A stretch of 64,000 nt of DNA, from NCBI GenBank assembly GCA_965233585.1, contig CBDDTI010000747.1, positions 416,001 through 480,000 on the forward strand, read 5' to 3'. The position numbers and the translations under genes are program-made. Of this stretch, positions 32,500 to 43,280 are shown one piece after another. The first letter of the stretch is position 1, and each line of letters begins with the position of its first letter. This DNA comes from a bacterium (GTDB lineage Bacteria > SAR324 > NAC60-12). A model generated the notes under the pieces. The model made no database searches and was not told the origin of the DNA. It was given only the letters and a program-made list of their open reading frames with translations.

Positions 32500-33249
32500 A
32501 TGCTGAACAACTTGTTTTCTCTGGCTTCTGAGGTGGTTCTGTTGTTGGCATTGGTCAGTTTTGTCGCAGCCATCATTAGCGGAGTCTTGGGCATGATTGG
32601 TGGGATTCTCTTGGTTGTGGTGGGGACGTTGTTCATGCCTATTGAGCAATTTCTACCCATTCACGCAGCAGTCATGCTGATTTGCACGTGTTCCAGAGTA
32701 TTGATGGCGTGGAGAAGTCTGGACAAACAAGTGTGGTTTCAATTTTCTTGGAGTAATGCTATTGGGACGTTTTTGGGTGCTTCTTTGATTGTGTTTGTGA
32801 ACCAACAACTGACTTTCCTCTTGTGCAATTTATTTCTTTTGATTGGCACATGGATTCGTATGTTGACTTTCAACTTCAAAGGAGGACTGGCAGTACTTGG
32901 TGCGTTGCACGGCTGGTTGAGTGGCATGATTGGCTCAACAGGACCAATCGCCATGCCAACTTTAATCCACCGCTACCAAAAAAGTGATTATGAAAAGATT
33001 GTCATCACTCACTCCTCTTTGATGATGAACAGCCATTTGTTCCGTATGCTTTCCTTTGGATTTTTGGGAACGTCGTATTTCAAGCTGATTCCAATCATTG
33101 TCGTTTTAGGAGGCTTTAGTCTGCTTGGGTCATTTGTTGGCACAAAGATTAGGCATCAAATTCCAAACCAAGACTTGCTATTGAAGTACCTTAAAATCCT
33201 TATCAGTGGGCTAGTTTTAGTGAATGTGACGAAAACATTAATGCCATGA
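32500..33249 (+). CDS. TauE/SafE (TSUP) family membrane protein
   Basis: Multi-TM; SGVLGMIGG and SGMIGSTGP repeats. Confidence 0.75.
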   Translation: MLNNLFSLASEVVLLLALVSFVAAIISGVLGMIGGILLVVVGTLFMPIEQFLPIHAAVMLICTCSRVLMAWRSLDKQVWFQFSWSNAIGTFLGASLIVFVNQQLTFLLCNLFLLIGTWIRMLTFNFKGGLAVLGALHGWLSGMIGSTGPIAMPTLIHRYQKSDYEKIVITHSSLMMNSHLFRMLSFGFLGTSYFKLIPIIVVLGGFSLLGSFVGTKIRHQIPNQDLLLKYLKILISGLVLVNVTKTLMP

Positions 33250-34544
33250 AAAAAGAAAAAGGGAAAGGAAAATGGATAGAATGCGACATTACTAAACTAG
33301 TTTTTGGAGGTTGCGGGCTGGCTTACCACGCAGGCAAAACTGTTTTTGTTCACAATGCACTACCGCAAGAAAAAGTCAGGGCAAGAGTCACCAAAGCCAA
33401 ACGTTCACATTGGGAAGCTATTGCAGAAGAAATCCTTTTTGCCTCTCGCATCAAACCGCTTGAAGAGCATTATCTCTCATGCAGTCCGTGGCAGATTTTA
33501 GAACCATCTGAAGAGGCATCATGGAAGCAAGCCATCGCACAAGAAACTTTGCAGTCTATTGGCGGGATAGAGTTTGGGCAGATTGATTTTTCTGATGCTG
33601 TCAGTCGCACAGGATACAGAAATAAGATGGAGTTCAGTTTTTGCTCATCAGATTCGGGGTTGTCTCTTGCGTTTTTTGCCAGAGCATCTCATCGTAAAGT
33701 AGCCATCAAAAGCTGTGTGTTGGCTGATGCAATCATCAATGAAAAGGCAAACAAGATTGTGAACGTCTTGCAAAGTGAAGGTGTCCGAGAAACTGCTTTG
33801 AAGTCTTTGATTGTCAGAAGCTCAAGTCAGGGAGAAGTGATGGCAGGGTTGTTTGTGACTGACAGCGACTTCATACAACGATTTTCCAATCTCAAAAAAA
33901 GTTTTGAGGACTTAGGACTCAAAGGATTTGCTGTGTTCTATTCTGACGCTAAAAGTCCTGCGTCTGTTGTCAATGAAATTTTGTGGACACATGGAGATTT
34001 GCACTTAGAAGAGCATTTAAACAACAAAAAATTAGGCTATGGGTTGCATAGTTTTTTCCAAATCAATGTCAAGATGTTTGAGCAAGTTTTAAAAGACATG
34101 TCTCCTTTTGTTCATTCGCAGCACATCATTGATTTATATTGTGGAGTAGGGGCGATTGGTATTGCATTGGGTGGATTGGCTCAAACAACCTCTTTCGTAG
34201 ATTCTTCTCAACACTCTGTCCAAGACCTGAAGCAAAATCTTCTCAATCATTCCATGCCAAATGCCAAAGTCATCTGTCAGCCTTCAGAAAAGGCACTCAT
34301 TCCAATTCCATCTGATGCCACTGTCATTGTTGACCCCCCTAGAACAGGACTGCATCACAAAGTCCTGCATCAAATCCGACAAGCCTTGCCTTCTCAAATC
34401 ATTTACCTCTCATGCAATCTTTCTACATGTGCCAGAGACCTTGCAGTGTTCAAACATGACTACCACATTTCTAAAATAAAATGTTATAATTTTTTCCCAA
34501 TGACTCCACATTTTGAAACATTAGTCGTTTTGGAACAAACATAA
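33246..34544 (+). CDS. TRAM-domain RNA (uracil-5) methyltransferase, RlmD/TrmA family
   Basis: YRNKMEF, FFQIN, DLYCGVGAIG, DPPRTG, YLSCN, FPMTPHFE. Confidence 0.9.
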   Translation: MKKEKGKGKWIECDITKLVFGGCGLAYHAGKTVFVHNALPQEKVRARVTKAKRSHWEAIAEEILFASRIKPLEEHYLSCSPWQILEPSEEASWKQAIAQETLQSIGGIEFGQIDFSDAVSRTGYRNKMEFSFCSSDSGLSLAFFARASHRKVAIKSCVLADAIINEKANKIVNVLQSEGVRETALKSLIVRSSSQGEVMAGLFVTDSDFIQRFSNLKKSFEDLGLKGFAVFYSDAKSPASVVNEILWTHGDLHLEEHLNNKKLGYGLHSFFQINVKMFEQVLKDMSPFVHSQHIIDLYCGVGAIGIALGGLAQTTSFVDSSQHSVQDLKQNLLNHSMPNAKVICQPSEKALIPIPSDATVIVDPPRTGLHHKVLHQIRQALPSQIIYLSCNLSTCARDLAVFKHDYHISKIKCYNFFPMTPHFETLVVLEQT

Positions 34545-34593
34545 AATCAATCTTGATTTAAAAATCACTGTCATTTTAGAACAAAAACTAAAT

Positions 34594-35046
34594 ATGTTTC
34601 CCAAAAAATTATTTTTTATTCTTTGGTTAATATTCTTTGCCTCCACCGCACTTGCACAAGAAGCCCCTGCCGAAAACGTAGAACCACAAGCCTATGACAC
34701 AAATGAAGCCAACGCACAGGAAGCTACACCAGAAAATGGACAAGCCAATGCCCAAGATGGACAACCTCCTCCTTTGACTGAAGCACAAAAAAAACAGCTG
34801 GAACGTCAAAAAAAGCTACAAGAGACCTATGATCAATTTTTGAAAAAACAAGAAGAAAACCGCAACACGCCTCCCAGCCCTCCAATCAGTAACAAGCTCA
34901 TCGGTAGAAAACCCTTGCCCAAAGTCACCGAATCTGATGCCTACCTTGAAAGACTCTTCCAAAATAAGCTCATCTTAGAAGGACTTGTCAAACCTCAAGC
35001 CAAAGACGACATCAGCTATGAATTATTTATGAAAGGGGTGAAGTAG
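34594..35046 (+). CDS. Hypothetical secreted protein
   Basis: Signal peptide ending ALA; low-complexity Q/E/P-rich body. Confidence 0.6.
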   Translation: MFPKKLFFILWLIFFASTALAQEAPAENVEPQAYDTNEANAQEATPENGQANAQDGQPPPLTEAQKKQLERQKKLQETYDQFLKKQEENRNTPPSPPISNKLIGRKPLPKVTESDAYLERLFQNKLILEGLVKPQAKDDISYELFMKGVK

Positions 35047-35145
35047 AACAGTTGCACTGGACTTTGCACCTTTCTCACTTGCCTGTTCCCCTTAACAAAA
35101 AAGTTAAAATTTTCTATTAGTCAATGTGTTTTTTGAAAATAATGC

Positions 35146-35173
35146 TTGACATATTGATTCAATCTGATAGACT
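35146..35173 (+). promoter_or_regulatory. Sigma70-like promoter with ATTGA-T-TCAAT palindrome in the spacer
   Basis: TTGACA-16 nt-TAGACT with extended TG. Confidence 0.5.
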
Positions 35174-35282
35174 GCAAGCTTTTTTCCGGTTTGGTTGGCT
35201 TTTTCATTGACGAATTAAAAATTTTTCAATGCGATTTCGGCATGCAGTAACGTCGGACATAAGTTTTGATAAGGAGCGACTC

Positions 35283-36539
35283 ATGGCAAATGTTGTTTTC
35301 AATAATGTTTATATTTGGGACGGAGAACGAGATGAAAGAACACTTGGGTCTGTTAAGATTACTGACAACAGAATAGATCAAATCAGCAGCCAAGATTTTA
35401 CTGATGAGACTGACGACGATACTGTCACGATTGACGGACGTGGTCATACGCTCATGCCGGGTTTGGTTGAGGGACATTGTCACCCAACTTTTACAGGCAT
35501 TGCCAATGGTTATGAGCTGGGATTGATCCCCCCTGAACGACATACCTTACTCACCGTAAAGAATCTAAAACTACTTTTAGATCATGGTTTTACCAGTATT
35601 TTTGAGGCCGCTTCAGCTAAGCCGATGATTGGTGTAGTGGTACGAGATGCCATAGAAGAAGGCTTGATTATTGGACCAAGAATGCAAGCTGGTAGTCCTG
35701 AAATCACTGTGACTGGTGGACTGGGAGATGAAAGGCGTAGGCATATTTATCAAGAAAGTTTCGGTTTAATTGCTGATGGTGTAGACGAAATCACTAAGTG
35801 TGTAAGAACCTGTATCAGGGATGGGGTAGATACCATCAAAATTAACATCTCTGGTGATGAATTTACATCCTTTGCTAGGGCTGAAATTACAACCATGCTA
35901 GACGAAGAGATTGCAGCTGCTGTTAGCATTGCTAAGCTCTTTCATAAGAAAGTTGCTGCACATGCTAGATCGCCTGAAAGTGTCAAAAAGGCTGTGCGAA
36001 ACGGTGTAGATTGTATCTATCATTGTGATTTTGCTGACGAAGAAGCAATAGATATGCTGGAGTCTGTCAAGGACAAGGTCTTTGTAGGACCTGCTTTGGG
36101 CTTGGTTCATAACTGTACTAAAGAAGGTGACGTAGTGGGGATTCCCCAAGAAGTTGCTGAAAGTATGGGCTTGTTTAGGAAGTTTGACATGTGCTGTGAA
36201 GTGTATCACGAGCTACGAAAACGAGGAATGCGCGTGGTCACAGGTGGTGATTATGGTTTTGCTGTGACGCCTATGGGACAGAATGCTAGGGATATTGAAC
36301 ATTTTGTCAAATACTTTGGTTATAGTCCCACTGAAGCACTGAAGTGTGCAACCACAGTTGGCACAGAACTGATGGGTACAAACCATGAACTGGGCAAGGT
36401 GAAAGTTGGCTATTTAGCTGACCTACTCTTGGTCAAAGGTGATCCTACGACCGATGTCTCCCTCTTACAGCATCAGGACAACCTACTAGCCATTATGAAA
36501 GATGGCAAGTTTCATAAAGTACCGCACTGGTACGTTTAA
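35283..36539 (+). CDS. Metal-dependent amidohydrolase (Xaa-Pro dipeptidase-like subgroup)
   Basis: PGLVEGHCH, DTIK, AAHA, IYH, GGDYG, ADLLLVKGDP; AAGGAG RBS before ATG 35283. Confidence 0.88.
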   Translation: MANVVFNNVYIWDGERDERTLGSVKITDNRIDQISSQDFTDETDDDTVTIDGRGHTLMPGLVEGHCHPTFTGIANGYELGLIPPERHTLLTVKNLKLLLDHGFTSIFEAASAKPMIGVVVRDAIEEGLIIGPRMQAGSPEITVTGGLGDERRRHIYQESFGLIADGVDEITKCVRTCIRDGVDTIKINISGDEFTSFARAEITTMLDEEIAAAVSIAKLFHKKVAAHARSPESVKKAVRNGVDCIYHCDFADEEAIDMLESVKDKVFVGPALGLVHNCTKEGDVVGIPQEVAESMGLFRKFDMCCEVYHELRKRGMRVVTGGDYGFAVTPMGQNARDIEHFVKYFGYSPTEALKCATTVGTELMGTNHELGKVKVGYLADLLLVKGDPTTDVSLLQHQDNLLAIMKDGKFHKVPHWYV

Positions 36540-36562
36540 TCTAATTTCAATGGAGTAAAATC

Positions 36563-37684
36563 ATGAAAAAAATTTCAATGGCGGTGGCGTTGTCACTATT
36601 GGTGGCAAATGTGGCAATGGCTCAATATGAGGGTGTGTCTAGGACATTCTTATACAATCCGGGTTTTATGGAAATCTTTGACGCAGCTAAATTCAAGAAA
36701 AAAGGGCCCTATACCGTAGGATTCTCTAATGCTGGGCTGTCTAACCCTTGGCGTGTCGCCTTCCTACATGGGATAGAAAAAGCGGCAGAGCGGCATAGTA
36801 TCCACCTCAAAAAGTTGATCATTACTGATGCCAATGACAACCCCAGCAAACAGATTTCAGACATTCAAAATCTTATCTCACAGAAGGTGGATATTTTGTT
36901 GGTGAGTCCCTCTACAGCTGAAGCATTAACCCCCGTTTTGAAACGTGCCATGCGAAGAGGTACTCCAGTAGTCTTGGTAGATAGAGCGATCAATGGCAAC
37001 GAGGGCTACATCAGCTTTATCGCTGCTTCTAACCAAGCAATGGGTAGAGTGCAAGCACAATGGTTGGCTGAACATTTGAACTTTCAGGGGGAAGTGGTCA
37101 TGCTAGGTGGCTTAGCTGGGGCGTCTCCTGCTGAAGATAGAATCAAAGCAGCCAAAGAAGTCTTAGATCAATATCCAGGAATTAAGGTTTTGGAACTACA
37201 ATATACTTCTTGGAGCCCTGCTAATGGCAAGAAGATTATGAACAGCATGATCCAAAAATATGGCAAGCGAATCAAAGGTGTTTGGGCTGATTCTGGCTTG
37301 CAAGGTTCGGGTTCTATAGAAGCCTTCATCTCTAATGGTTATAAAAAGGGTCAAATCCCTGCCCACACTGGTGGTGATTTCAATGCGATGTACAAACTAA
37401 GCGTTCAATATGACGTCCCTATGATTGGCATGGATTACCCACCTGCTATGGGTGCTAAAGGCTTTGATGTGCTGTTTGATGTGCTTGCTGGCAAGGGTAT
37501 TCCCAGAGTGATTGATGTCAATCAACAAATTGTCGTTTCAAAAGGCTATGAAACTGCTTCGGTCAGGGCTGACATCTTTGTTCAAGACTATGCTTTGATG
37601 GACAAACCGGGAGCAACTTTGATGTCCACTGGGGCTGGTGATGACTATGACCCTAAGACCTTCAAAGCCAATTATCCCAAGTAA
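36563..37684 (+). CDS. Sugar-type ABC transporter substrate-binding protein
   Basis: Signal peptide; NPWR, KQISDIQNL, PVVLVDR. Confidence 0.88.
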   Translation: MKKISMAVALSLLVANVAMAQYEGVSRTFLYNPGFMEIFDAAKFKKKGPYTVGFSNAGLSNPWRVAFLHGIEKAAERHSIHLKKLIITDANDNPSKQISDIQNLISQKVDILLVSPSTAEALTPVLKRAMRRGTPVVLVDRAINGNEGYISFIAASNQAMGRVQAQWLAEHLNFQGEVVMLGGLAGASPAEDRIKAAKEVLDQYPGIKVLELQYTSWSPANGKKIMNSMIQKYGKRIKGVWADSGLQGSGSIEAFISNGYKKGQIPAHTGGDFNAMYKLSVQYDVPMIGMDYPPAMGAKGFDVLFDVLAGKGIPRVIDVNQQIVVSKGYETASVRADIFVQDYALMDKPGATLMSTGAGDDYDPKTFKANYPK

Positions 37685-37759
37685 GTAGTTGAATAATCTC
37701 AAAGTGATGCCTTCCTAAAATGTTTAAAGCTAATGATTCCAAGTGAGCTTTAGATTGTC

Positions 37760-39256
37760 ATGAGTTTGTTAGCAGCAAAACAGCTTTGTAAATCTTTTGG
37801 TCAAGTTGAGGTACTCAAAGACATTGACATTGAACTTAAAGCAGGTCGCGTGCATGCACTTTGTGGTGAAAATGGTGCGGGCAAATCTACTATCATTAAG
37901 CTGTTGACCGGTGTTTATTCTGATTATACAGGGGAGATGCTTGTCAATGGTAAGCCTGTTGTCTATCGCTCTATCAAAGATGCCATCAGTCTTGGCATCA
38001 CTGTAGTACATCAAGAGTTTTCAGTCTTTGATAACCTCACTGTAGAAGAAAATATCTTGTTGGAAGCTGAACCTAGTCTCTTTGGCTTTGTCAATAGAAA
38101 GCAAATGCGTGCCAAGTGCCAAGAGATTTTACAGCGACTGGGCATTGACCTAGATGTTCGCCTACCTTTAAGTGCCTTGTCCACAGCGCAACATCAGCTT
38201 GTGGAAATAGCCAAGGCATTAAGATACAAAGCTCAAGTGTTGATACTAGATGAGCCGACAGCCTCCCTATCACACACGGAGATTGAACACTTGTTCAAGC
38301 TAATCGTTAATTTGAAACAGCAAAATCTGGCCATTTTGTATGTTTCGCATAGACTAGATGAAATCTTTGCTATTGCTGATGATTTGACCATTATCAAAGA
38401 TGGTCAAATCAGTTCAAGGGGACTTATTGGAGAATATGATCATGATAAAATCATTGCAAAAATGGTAGGTAGAAGCCTCAAAGACATCTTCCCTGATAAA
38501 TCCAAAAGAAAGCATGAATCAAAACAAGCAATACTAGAGGTTAAAAATTTAAAATATAAGCCCAATCAAAAAGGTATTAATTTCAAGGTCTTTAGTAACC
38601 AAATAGTCGGATTAGCAGGGTTGATAGGATCTGGTAGGACTGAATTTGCACAAACTATTTATGGAATAAGACAAAGTGTCGCAGGGCAAGTTTATATCAA
38701 TGGCAAAGTTTACGACAATAGAACAGCAAAAAAGAGTCTGGACCAAGCACTTGTCATGCTCACAGAATCGCGCAAGGTAGATGGACTTTTCTTGCAACAT
38801 AGTGTAGCGAGAAATTTTACTGCCAGTTCGCTGACTAAGAAACACCACTACTTGGCACTTTACAGTGGTATTTCAGAGCTGAGGGCTTCAAGTGGTTTGG
38901 AGTGTCTTAATGTTAAACTTGCTAATCTTGATCAGGCAATAGTGCATTTGTCAGGTGGTAACCAGCAAAAAGTGCTTTTAGGTAGGATACTAGAAAACAA
39001 TCCGCAACTGCTAATACTAGATGAACCTACAAGGGGCGTAGATATCGGTGCTAAGGTGCAGATTTATCATATCTTGAGAGATTTGGCTGACCAAGGCTGT
39101 GCAATTTTGATCATTTCTTCTGAGCTCATAGAGATTGTTGGACTTTGCGATGAAGTGCATGTGATGAAAGAGGGAGCAATCACAGCAACACTTAATGGTG
39201 ATGACATCAATGAAGACGAAATTATCAAATATGCAGTGTCTGACCAATATGATTAG
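37760..39256 (+). CDS. Sugar ABC transporter ATP-binding protein (double NBD)
   Basis: GENGAGKST, LDEPT x2, LSGGNQQK. Confidence 0.93.
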   Translation: MSLLAAKQLCKSFGQVEVLKDIDIELKAGRVHALCGENGAGKSTIIKLLTGVYSDYTGEMLVNGKPVVYRSIKDAISLGITVVHQEFSVFDNLTVEENILLEAEPSLFGFVNRKQMRAKCQEILQRLGIDLDVRLPLSALSTAQHQLVEIAKALRYKAQVLILDEPTASLSHTEIEHLFKLIVNLKQQNLAILYVSHRLDEIFAIADDLTIIKDGQISSRGLIGEYDHDKIIAKMVGRSLKDIFPDKSKRKHESKQAILEVKNLKYKPNQKGINFKVFSNQIVGLAGLIGSGRTEFAQTIYGIRQSVAGQVYINGKVYDNRTAKKSLDQALVMLTESRKVDGLFLQHSVARNFTASSLTKKHHYLALYSGISELRASSGLECLNVKLANLDQAIVHLSGGNQQKVLLGRILENNPQLLILDEPTRGVDIGAKVQIYHILRDLADQGCAILIISSELIEIVGLCDEVHVMKEGAITATLNGDDINEDEIIKYAVSDQYD

Positions 39257-39264
39257 GGTTTGCC

Positions 39265-40212
39265 ATGAATGAAATTTTAAGAGTTTTGAGGTTAGAGAAA
39301 TTGCATCTCGCTTTATTGCTAGTGATTGCCTTGCTTGCATTGGCTGGTCATTTGACTAATGAAAATTTTATATCTTTGGCTAATTTTTCCAATATCCAAG
39401 AGCAAATGGTCGCCCTGTCTTTGGTGGCTTTGGCACAATCCATTGTCATTTTAAGCGGGGGAATTGATCTGTCTTACGCTGGTTTTATAAGTTTATTGTC
39501 TGTGATGTTTGCTAGTCTTGCAGGAGAGACGGCTGGCAGTCTCATATTGGCTTTGCTACTAGTTTTTGCTTGTGGCATCGTCATCGGGGCTTGTCAGGGG
39601 GCTTTTGTTGCCTATGTCAAGATTCATCCTTTGATTGTAACCATTGCTGGTTCTACGATGCTATCGGGGCTTGCTTTACTTATCACCAAACAACCTACCG
39701 GGTCAGTGCCAATCTTTTTTGAAGATTTGGCTTATGAGACATTCCTTGCCATACCCATCAGCAGCTATTTAATCATCTTTTTATACCTAACCATTGCCTA
39801 CGTTCTCTATAATTCCAAATTTGGCATCAGAATTTATGCCTTGGGTAAGGACCCCAACGCCTGCCTCATCTCAGGAGTTCCTGTGAAAAAGACTATTGTC
39901 TGTATTTATGCTTTTTCTGGATTTTTGATTGCTTGTGCCAGTGTTTATTTGGTGGCTAGGACAGCAATAGGAGACCCAAGGTCTGGCATTGGCTTTGATT
40001 TGAGGTCTATCACTCCAGTTATTATCGGTGGCATCGTCTTGTCAGGAGGTTTTGGTGGAGTTGTTGGCACTTTACTGGCAGTCATTTTGCTGTCCCTGCT
40101 AGCTAATATGCTGAACTTTATGAACATCTCTGCTTATTATCAATGGATCATAGAAGGCTTGATCATCATTATTGCTTTGTCATTTTGTTCTAAGAAGGCA
40201 GGTCGTGCTTAG
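39265..40212 (+). CDS. Sugar ABC transporter permease
   Basis: ILSGGIDLS, IIGGIVLSGGFG. Confidence 0.9.
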   Translation: MNEILRVLRLEKLHLALLLVIALLALAGHLTNENFISLANFSNIQEQMVALSLVALAQSIVILSGGIDLSYAGFISLLSVMFASLAGETAGSLILALLLVFACGIVIGACQGAFVAYVKIHPLIVTIAGSTMLSGLALLITKQPTGSVPIFFEDLAYETFLAIPISSYLIIFLYLTIAYVLYNSKFGIRIYALGKDPNACLISGVPVKKTIVCIYAFSGFLIACASVYLVARTAIGDPRSGIGFDLRSITPVIIGGIVLSGGFGGVVGTLLAVILLSLLANMLNFMNISAYYQWIIEGLIIIIALSFCSKKAGRA

Positions 40213-41176
40213 TGCAGTTAAACTATTTTCCTCACAAACCATCAAAGGCAAAGCAAGAAGGGATTCATTGCTGATATTCTCGTTCATTGTCATCGCTTGG
40301 GTATCCACCAGCATTGGCTCTCCTCATTTTTTTAGTGCTAATAGCATTCAAAGTATTTTCATACAGATGTCCCCTTTGGGATTTGTCGTCATTGGACAAA
40401 TGTTTGTCATCATTTCAAGGGGTTTAGACCTTTCGGTTGCTTCTATCATGGCAACTACGGCTGTGATTGCCGTGTCTATAGATGGCATTTCTACGACAAT
40501 GATTTTTTTGATAGGCATCACACTTGGTGTCATCATCGGCTTGTTTAACGGCTATTTGATAGTAAAAAGAGGCATTAGTCCATTCTTGGCTACTTTAGCC
40601 ACTATGATCATCTTACAAGGTATCAGATTTACCTACACTGGTGGTTCACCAACAGGAGATTTGAGTGAAGATTTACGTTTCATTGCCACAGGAAGTGTGC
40701 TAGGCATTCCTATCAGTGTGATTGTTCTCATTGTAGTTGCTGTGCTAGCACATTGGATCTTAGAATACACCCTATATGGCAGGCAACTGAGTTTATATGG
40801 CGAAAACCCTCTGGCAGCTAGGGTCTCTGGTTACAATGAAACAAGACTTATCTTTGCGACCTATGCACTTTCTGGAATTTTAGCTGCTGTGGCAGGGTTA
40901 TTTTTAGTTGGTTATGTGGGAATTGTTGATAACTGGACAGGGCAAGGCTTTGATATAGACTCTATAGTCGCAGCCGTGATAGGTGGGGTCGCACTTAAAG
41001 GAGGCAAAGGCAATGTGATAGGTGCAATACTTGGTGCATTATTGCTCGTTTCTTTATTTAACATCATTCTTGTCTTAGGGTTTTCTGTTGAATTTCAAAT
41101 CATTGTCAAAGGTTTTTTGATCCTTTTAGCCGCTTCCATATATACGATGAAAAAATCTGACCGTCTTCATGGATAA
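40205..41176 (+). CDS. Sugar ABC transporter permease
   Basis: ISRGLDLSV, AVIGGVALKGGKG; GTG 40205 is a tentative start. Confidence 0.88.
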   Translation: MLSAVKLFSSQTIKGKARRDSLLIFSFIVIAWVSTSIGSPHFFSANSIQSIFIQMSPLGFVVIGQMFVIISRGLDLSVASIMATTAVIAVSIDGISTTMIFLIGITLGVIIGLFNGYLIVKRGISPFLATLATMIILQGIRFTYTGGSPTGDLSEDLRFIATGSVLGIPISVIVLIVVAVLAHWILEYTLYGRQLSLYGENPLAARVSGYNETRLIFATYALSGILAAVAGLFLVGYVGIVDNWTGQGFDIDSIVAAVIGGVALKGGKGNVIGAILGALLLVSLFNIILVLGFSVEFQIIVKGFLILLAASIYTMKKSDRLHG

Positions 41177-41981
41177 CTACTGGAATAAACAATTTATCTT
41201 TAAAAAAATACTTCAAGATTTTGACTATTGGCAGACTTGGTACCCCAAGACCAGCAAGGAGTTTGTACTCTTAATTGATGTTGAAATCGTTGCTTACGGT
41301 GCTGAACCAAGGCAGGTCATGAGAGTGATTCGTCCTAAACAAGCACTAGCTGAGTGTGAAGAGTTAGGACTTATCCCCGTGTTTTTACATGGTGGTTATT
41401 GGCGTTCGCAAGATGCTTGTGATTATGACTTCGTTGCTCGAAGTCTGAGCCTGTTTGCTAAAGTAATCTATAATGTAGAATACAGATTGATACCGAAGAT
41501 TAACATTCAACAACAGGTACAAGACGTTATTGATGCTTTAAAGGTGGTTTATGAATTAGAACAAAAGCCTTTGATCTTGTTTGGTCATTCCGCTGGGGCG
41601 CATCTACTCTTCGCTGCTTGTCAAGATGATTTTTTTAACCAAGACAACATTTATCAAATCAATGCTTTAAGCGGAATCTTTGACCTAGAAGTCATCAGCT
41701 ATTCTGACTTACAACAAGAACTGCACTTCAGCAAGCAAGAAATAGAGCAGTATTCACCTCTTAAATGGCAGGAATTGAAAGCCATCAAGACACACCTCAT
41801 CAACGGAAAACTGGAAACTAGCGAGTACATTAGGCAATCTTCACTACTGTACGAGCGAATGAAACAGCTTGGTCAGAATCAAGATCAAGTCAGCTTGTCG
41901 TTACTAGAAGATCATCATCATATGAGCCTAGTGAGTCTTTTGTCCGACCAAAAATTGCTCAAAAATGTCATGAATCTCTAA
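41169..41981 (+). CDS. Alpha/beta hydrolase, arylformamidase-like
   Basis: HGGYW, GHSAGAHL, SGIFDL. Confidence 0.8.
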   Translation: MDNYWNKQFIFKKILQDFDYWQTWYPKTSKEFVLLIDVEIVAYGAEPRQVMRVIRPKQALAECEELGLIPVFLHGGYWRSQDACDYDFVARSLSLFAKVIYNVEYRLIPKINIQQQVQDVIDALKVVYELEQKPLILFGHSAGAHLLFAACQDDFFNQDNIYQINALSGIFDLEVISYSDLQQELHFSKQEIEQYSPLKWQELKAIKTHLINGKLETSEYIRQSSLLYERMKQLGQNQDQVSLSLLEDHHHMSLVSLLSDQKLLKNVMNL

Positions 41982-42038
41982 TCAATCCACTCTTTCTGAT
42001 GAGTAATACTGTAAACAACTCATGCTGATTTAACGTTC

Positions 42039-43079
42039 TTAACGTTCCAAACTATAATGTCTTGAAGGTAGGGATTTTAAAGTAGAGATAGCAAGTTCTG
42101 GAGTGATGTCTCGTTGAGGGCAAGCGAACATTTCATAACCCACCATGAACTTTTTCACAGTGGCAGAACGTAATAAAGGAGGGTAAAAAGACAGGTGAAA
42201 ATGCCATGCCTCTTGGGGTGTGTTGTCGGTGGGGGCTTGATGAATGCCTGCAGAATAAGGAAAGGACGTTTGAAAAAGATTGTCATACATCGTGGTCAGC
42301 TTTTTTATCACTTCAGCAAAAGACATTCTTTCTTGCTCTCCAAGCTGATTGATGTGTTGATGATGTTTTTTGGGAAGAATCATAGCTTCGTAAGGCCAGA
42401 CTGCCCAGTAAGGCACTAAGGCAACAAAATCTGCATTCTCAATCAAAATTCTCTCTTGGCATTCCAGTTCTTGTTGTAAGTAATCGCCTAACAAACTTCG
42501 TTGGTGTTGCTTCCAATACTCTTGCTGTTTTTGTGTTTTCTTCAGAACTTCAGAAGGAATGGAAGATTGAGCCCAAATTTGACCATGTGGATGCGGATTG
42601 CTACACCCCATCAATGCCCCTTTGTTTTCAAAAATCTGCACGTAGTTAATCTCTGGGTTTGCTCCCAACTCTTGGTATTCTTTTTGCCAGACTTTGATGA
42701 CTTGGGCGATGGACTCAACAGACATCAAAGGCAATGTCAGTGAGTGATGAGGAGAAAAACAAACCACTCGGCAAATTCCTGTCTCTACTTCTGCTCGCAG
42801 CAACCCCTTTTCAAAGTGCATCACTTCACCTTGCAAAATGGCAGAAAAATCATTTTGGAAGACAAAAGTCTCTTGATAATCAGGATTGACTAAACCGCCA
42901 GCTCTTTGATTCTTTGGGCATAAGTAACAAGAAGGGTCATAAGCCTGTTGAGGCAGAGAGAGTGCTTTTTCTGTCTGACCTTGCCAAGGACGTTTGGTTC
43001 TGTGAGGAGACACCAAAACCCAATCTCCTGTCAAAATGTTGTATCTTCTATGAGACGTTTGATTGAGTTCAGCTAGCAT
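42039..43079 (-). CDS. galT: Galactose-1-phosphate uridylyltransferase
   Basis: SPHRTKRPWQG, CYLCP, GCSNPHPHGQ, LRSATVKKF. Confidence 0.96.
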   Translation of the reverse strand: MLAELNQTSHRRYNILTGDWVLVSPHRTKRPWQGQTEKALSLPQQAYDPSCYLCPKNQRAGGLVNPDYQETFVFQNDFSAILQGEVMHFEKGLLRAEVETGICRVVCFSPHHSLTLPLMSVESIAQVIKVWQKEYQELGANPEINYVQIFENKGALMGCSNPHPHGQIWAQSSIPSEVLKKTQKQQEYWKQHQRSLLGDYLQQELECQERILIENADFVALVPYWAVWPYEAMILPKKHHQHINQLGEQERMSFAEVIKKLTTMYDNLFQTSFPYSAGIHQAPTDNTPQEAWHFHLSFYPPLLRSATVKKFMVGYEMFACPQRDITPELAISTLKSLPSRHYSLER

Positions 43080-43083
43080 TTGA

Positions 43084-43236
43084 TCATTGCAGAAAGTTTT
43101 GACTGACTGATTCCACCAGTTGAATCAGAGTGCCATAGGCAGGAACATCTTCACGGTACATTTGAGACACAGCTCTAGCAAAATGCTTTCTGATTTCACT
43201 GAGTTTTGCAAATTCTGTATGAGTGTTTTTATTCAT
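43084..43236 (-). pseudogene. N-terminal fragment of a YdcJ/HglS (DUF1338) 2-oxoadipate dioxygenase-like gene
   Basis: EIRKHFARAVSQMYREDVPAYGTLIQLV resembles the YdcJ N-terminus as recalled; stops after 50 aa. Confidence 0.65.
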
Positions 43237-43280
43237 AGTCTGGGTTAAAATCAAAAATTGACTAGCAACTTGGGTTTGGA

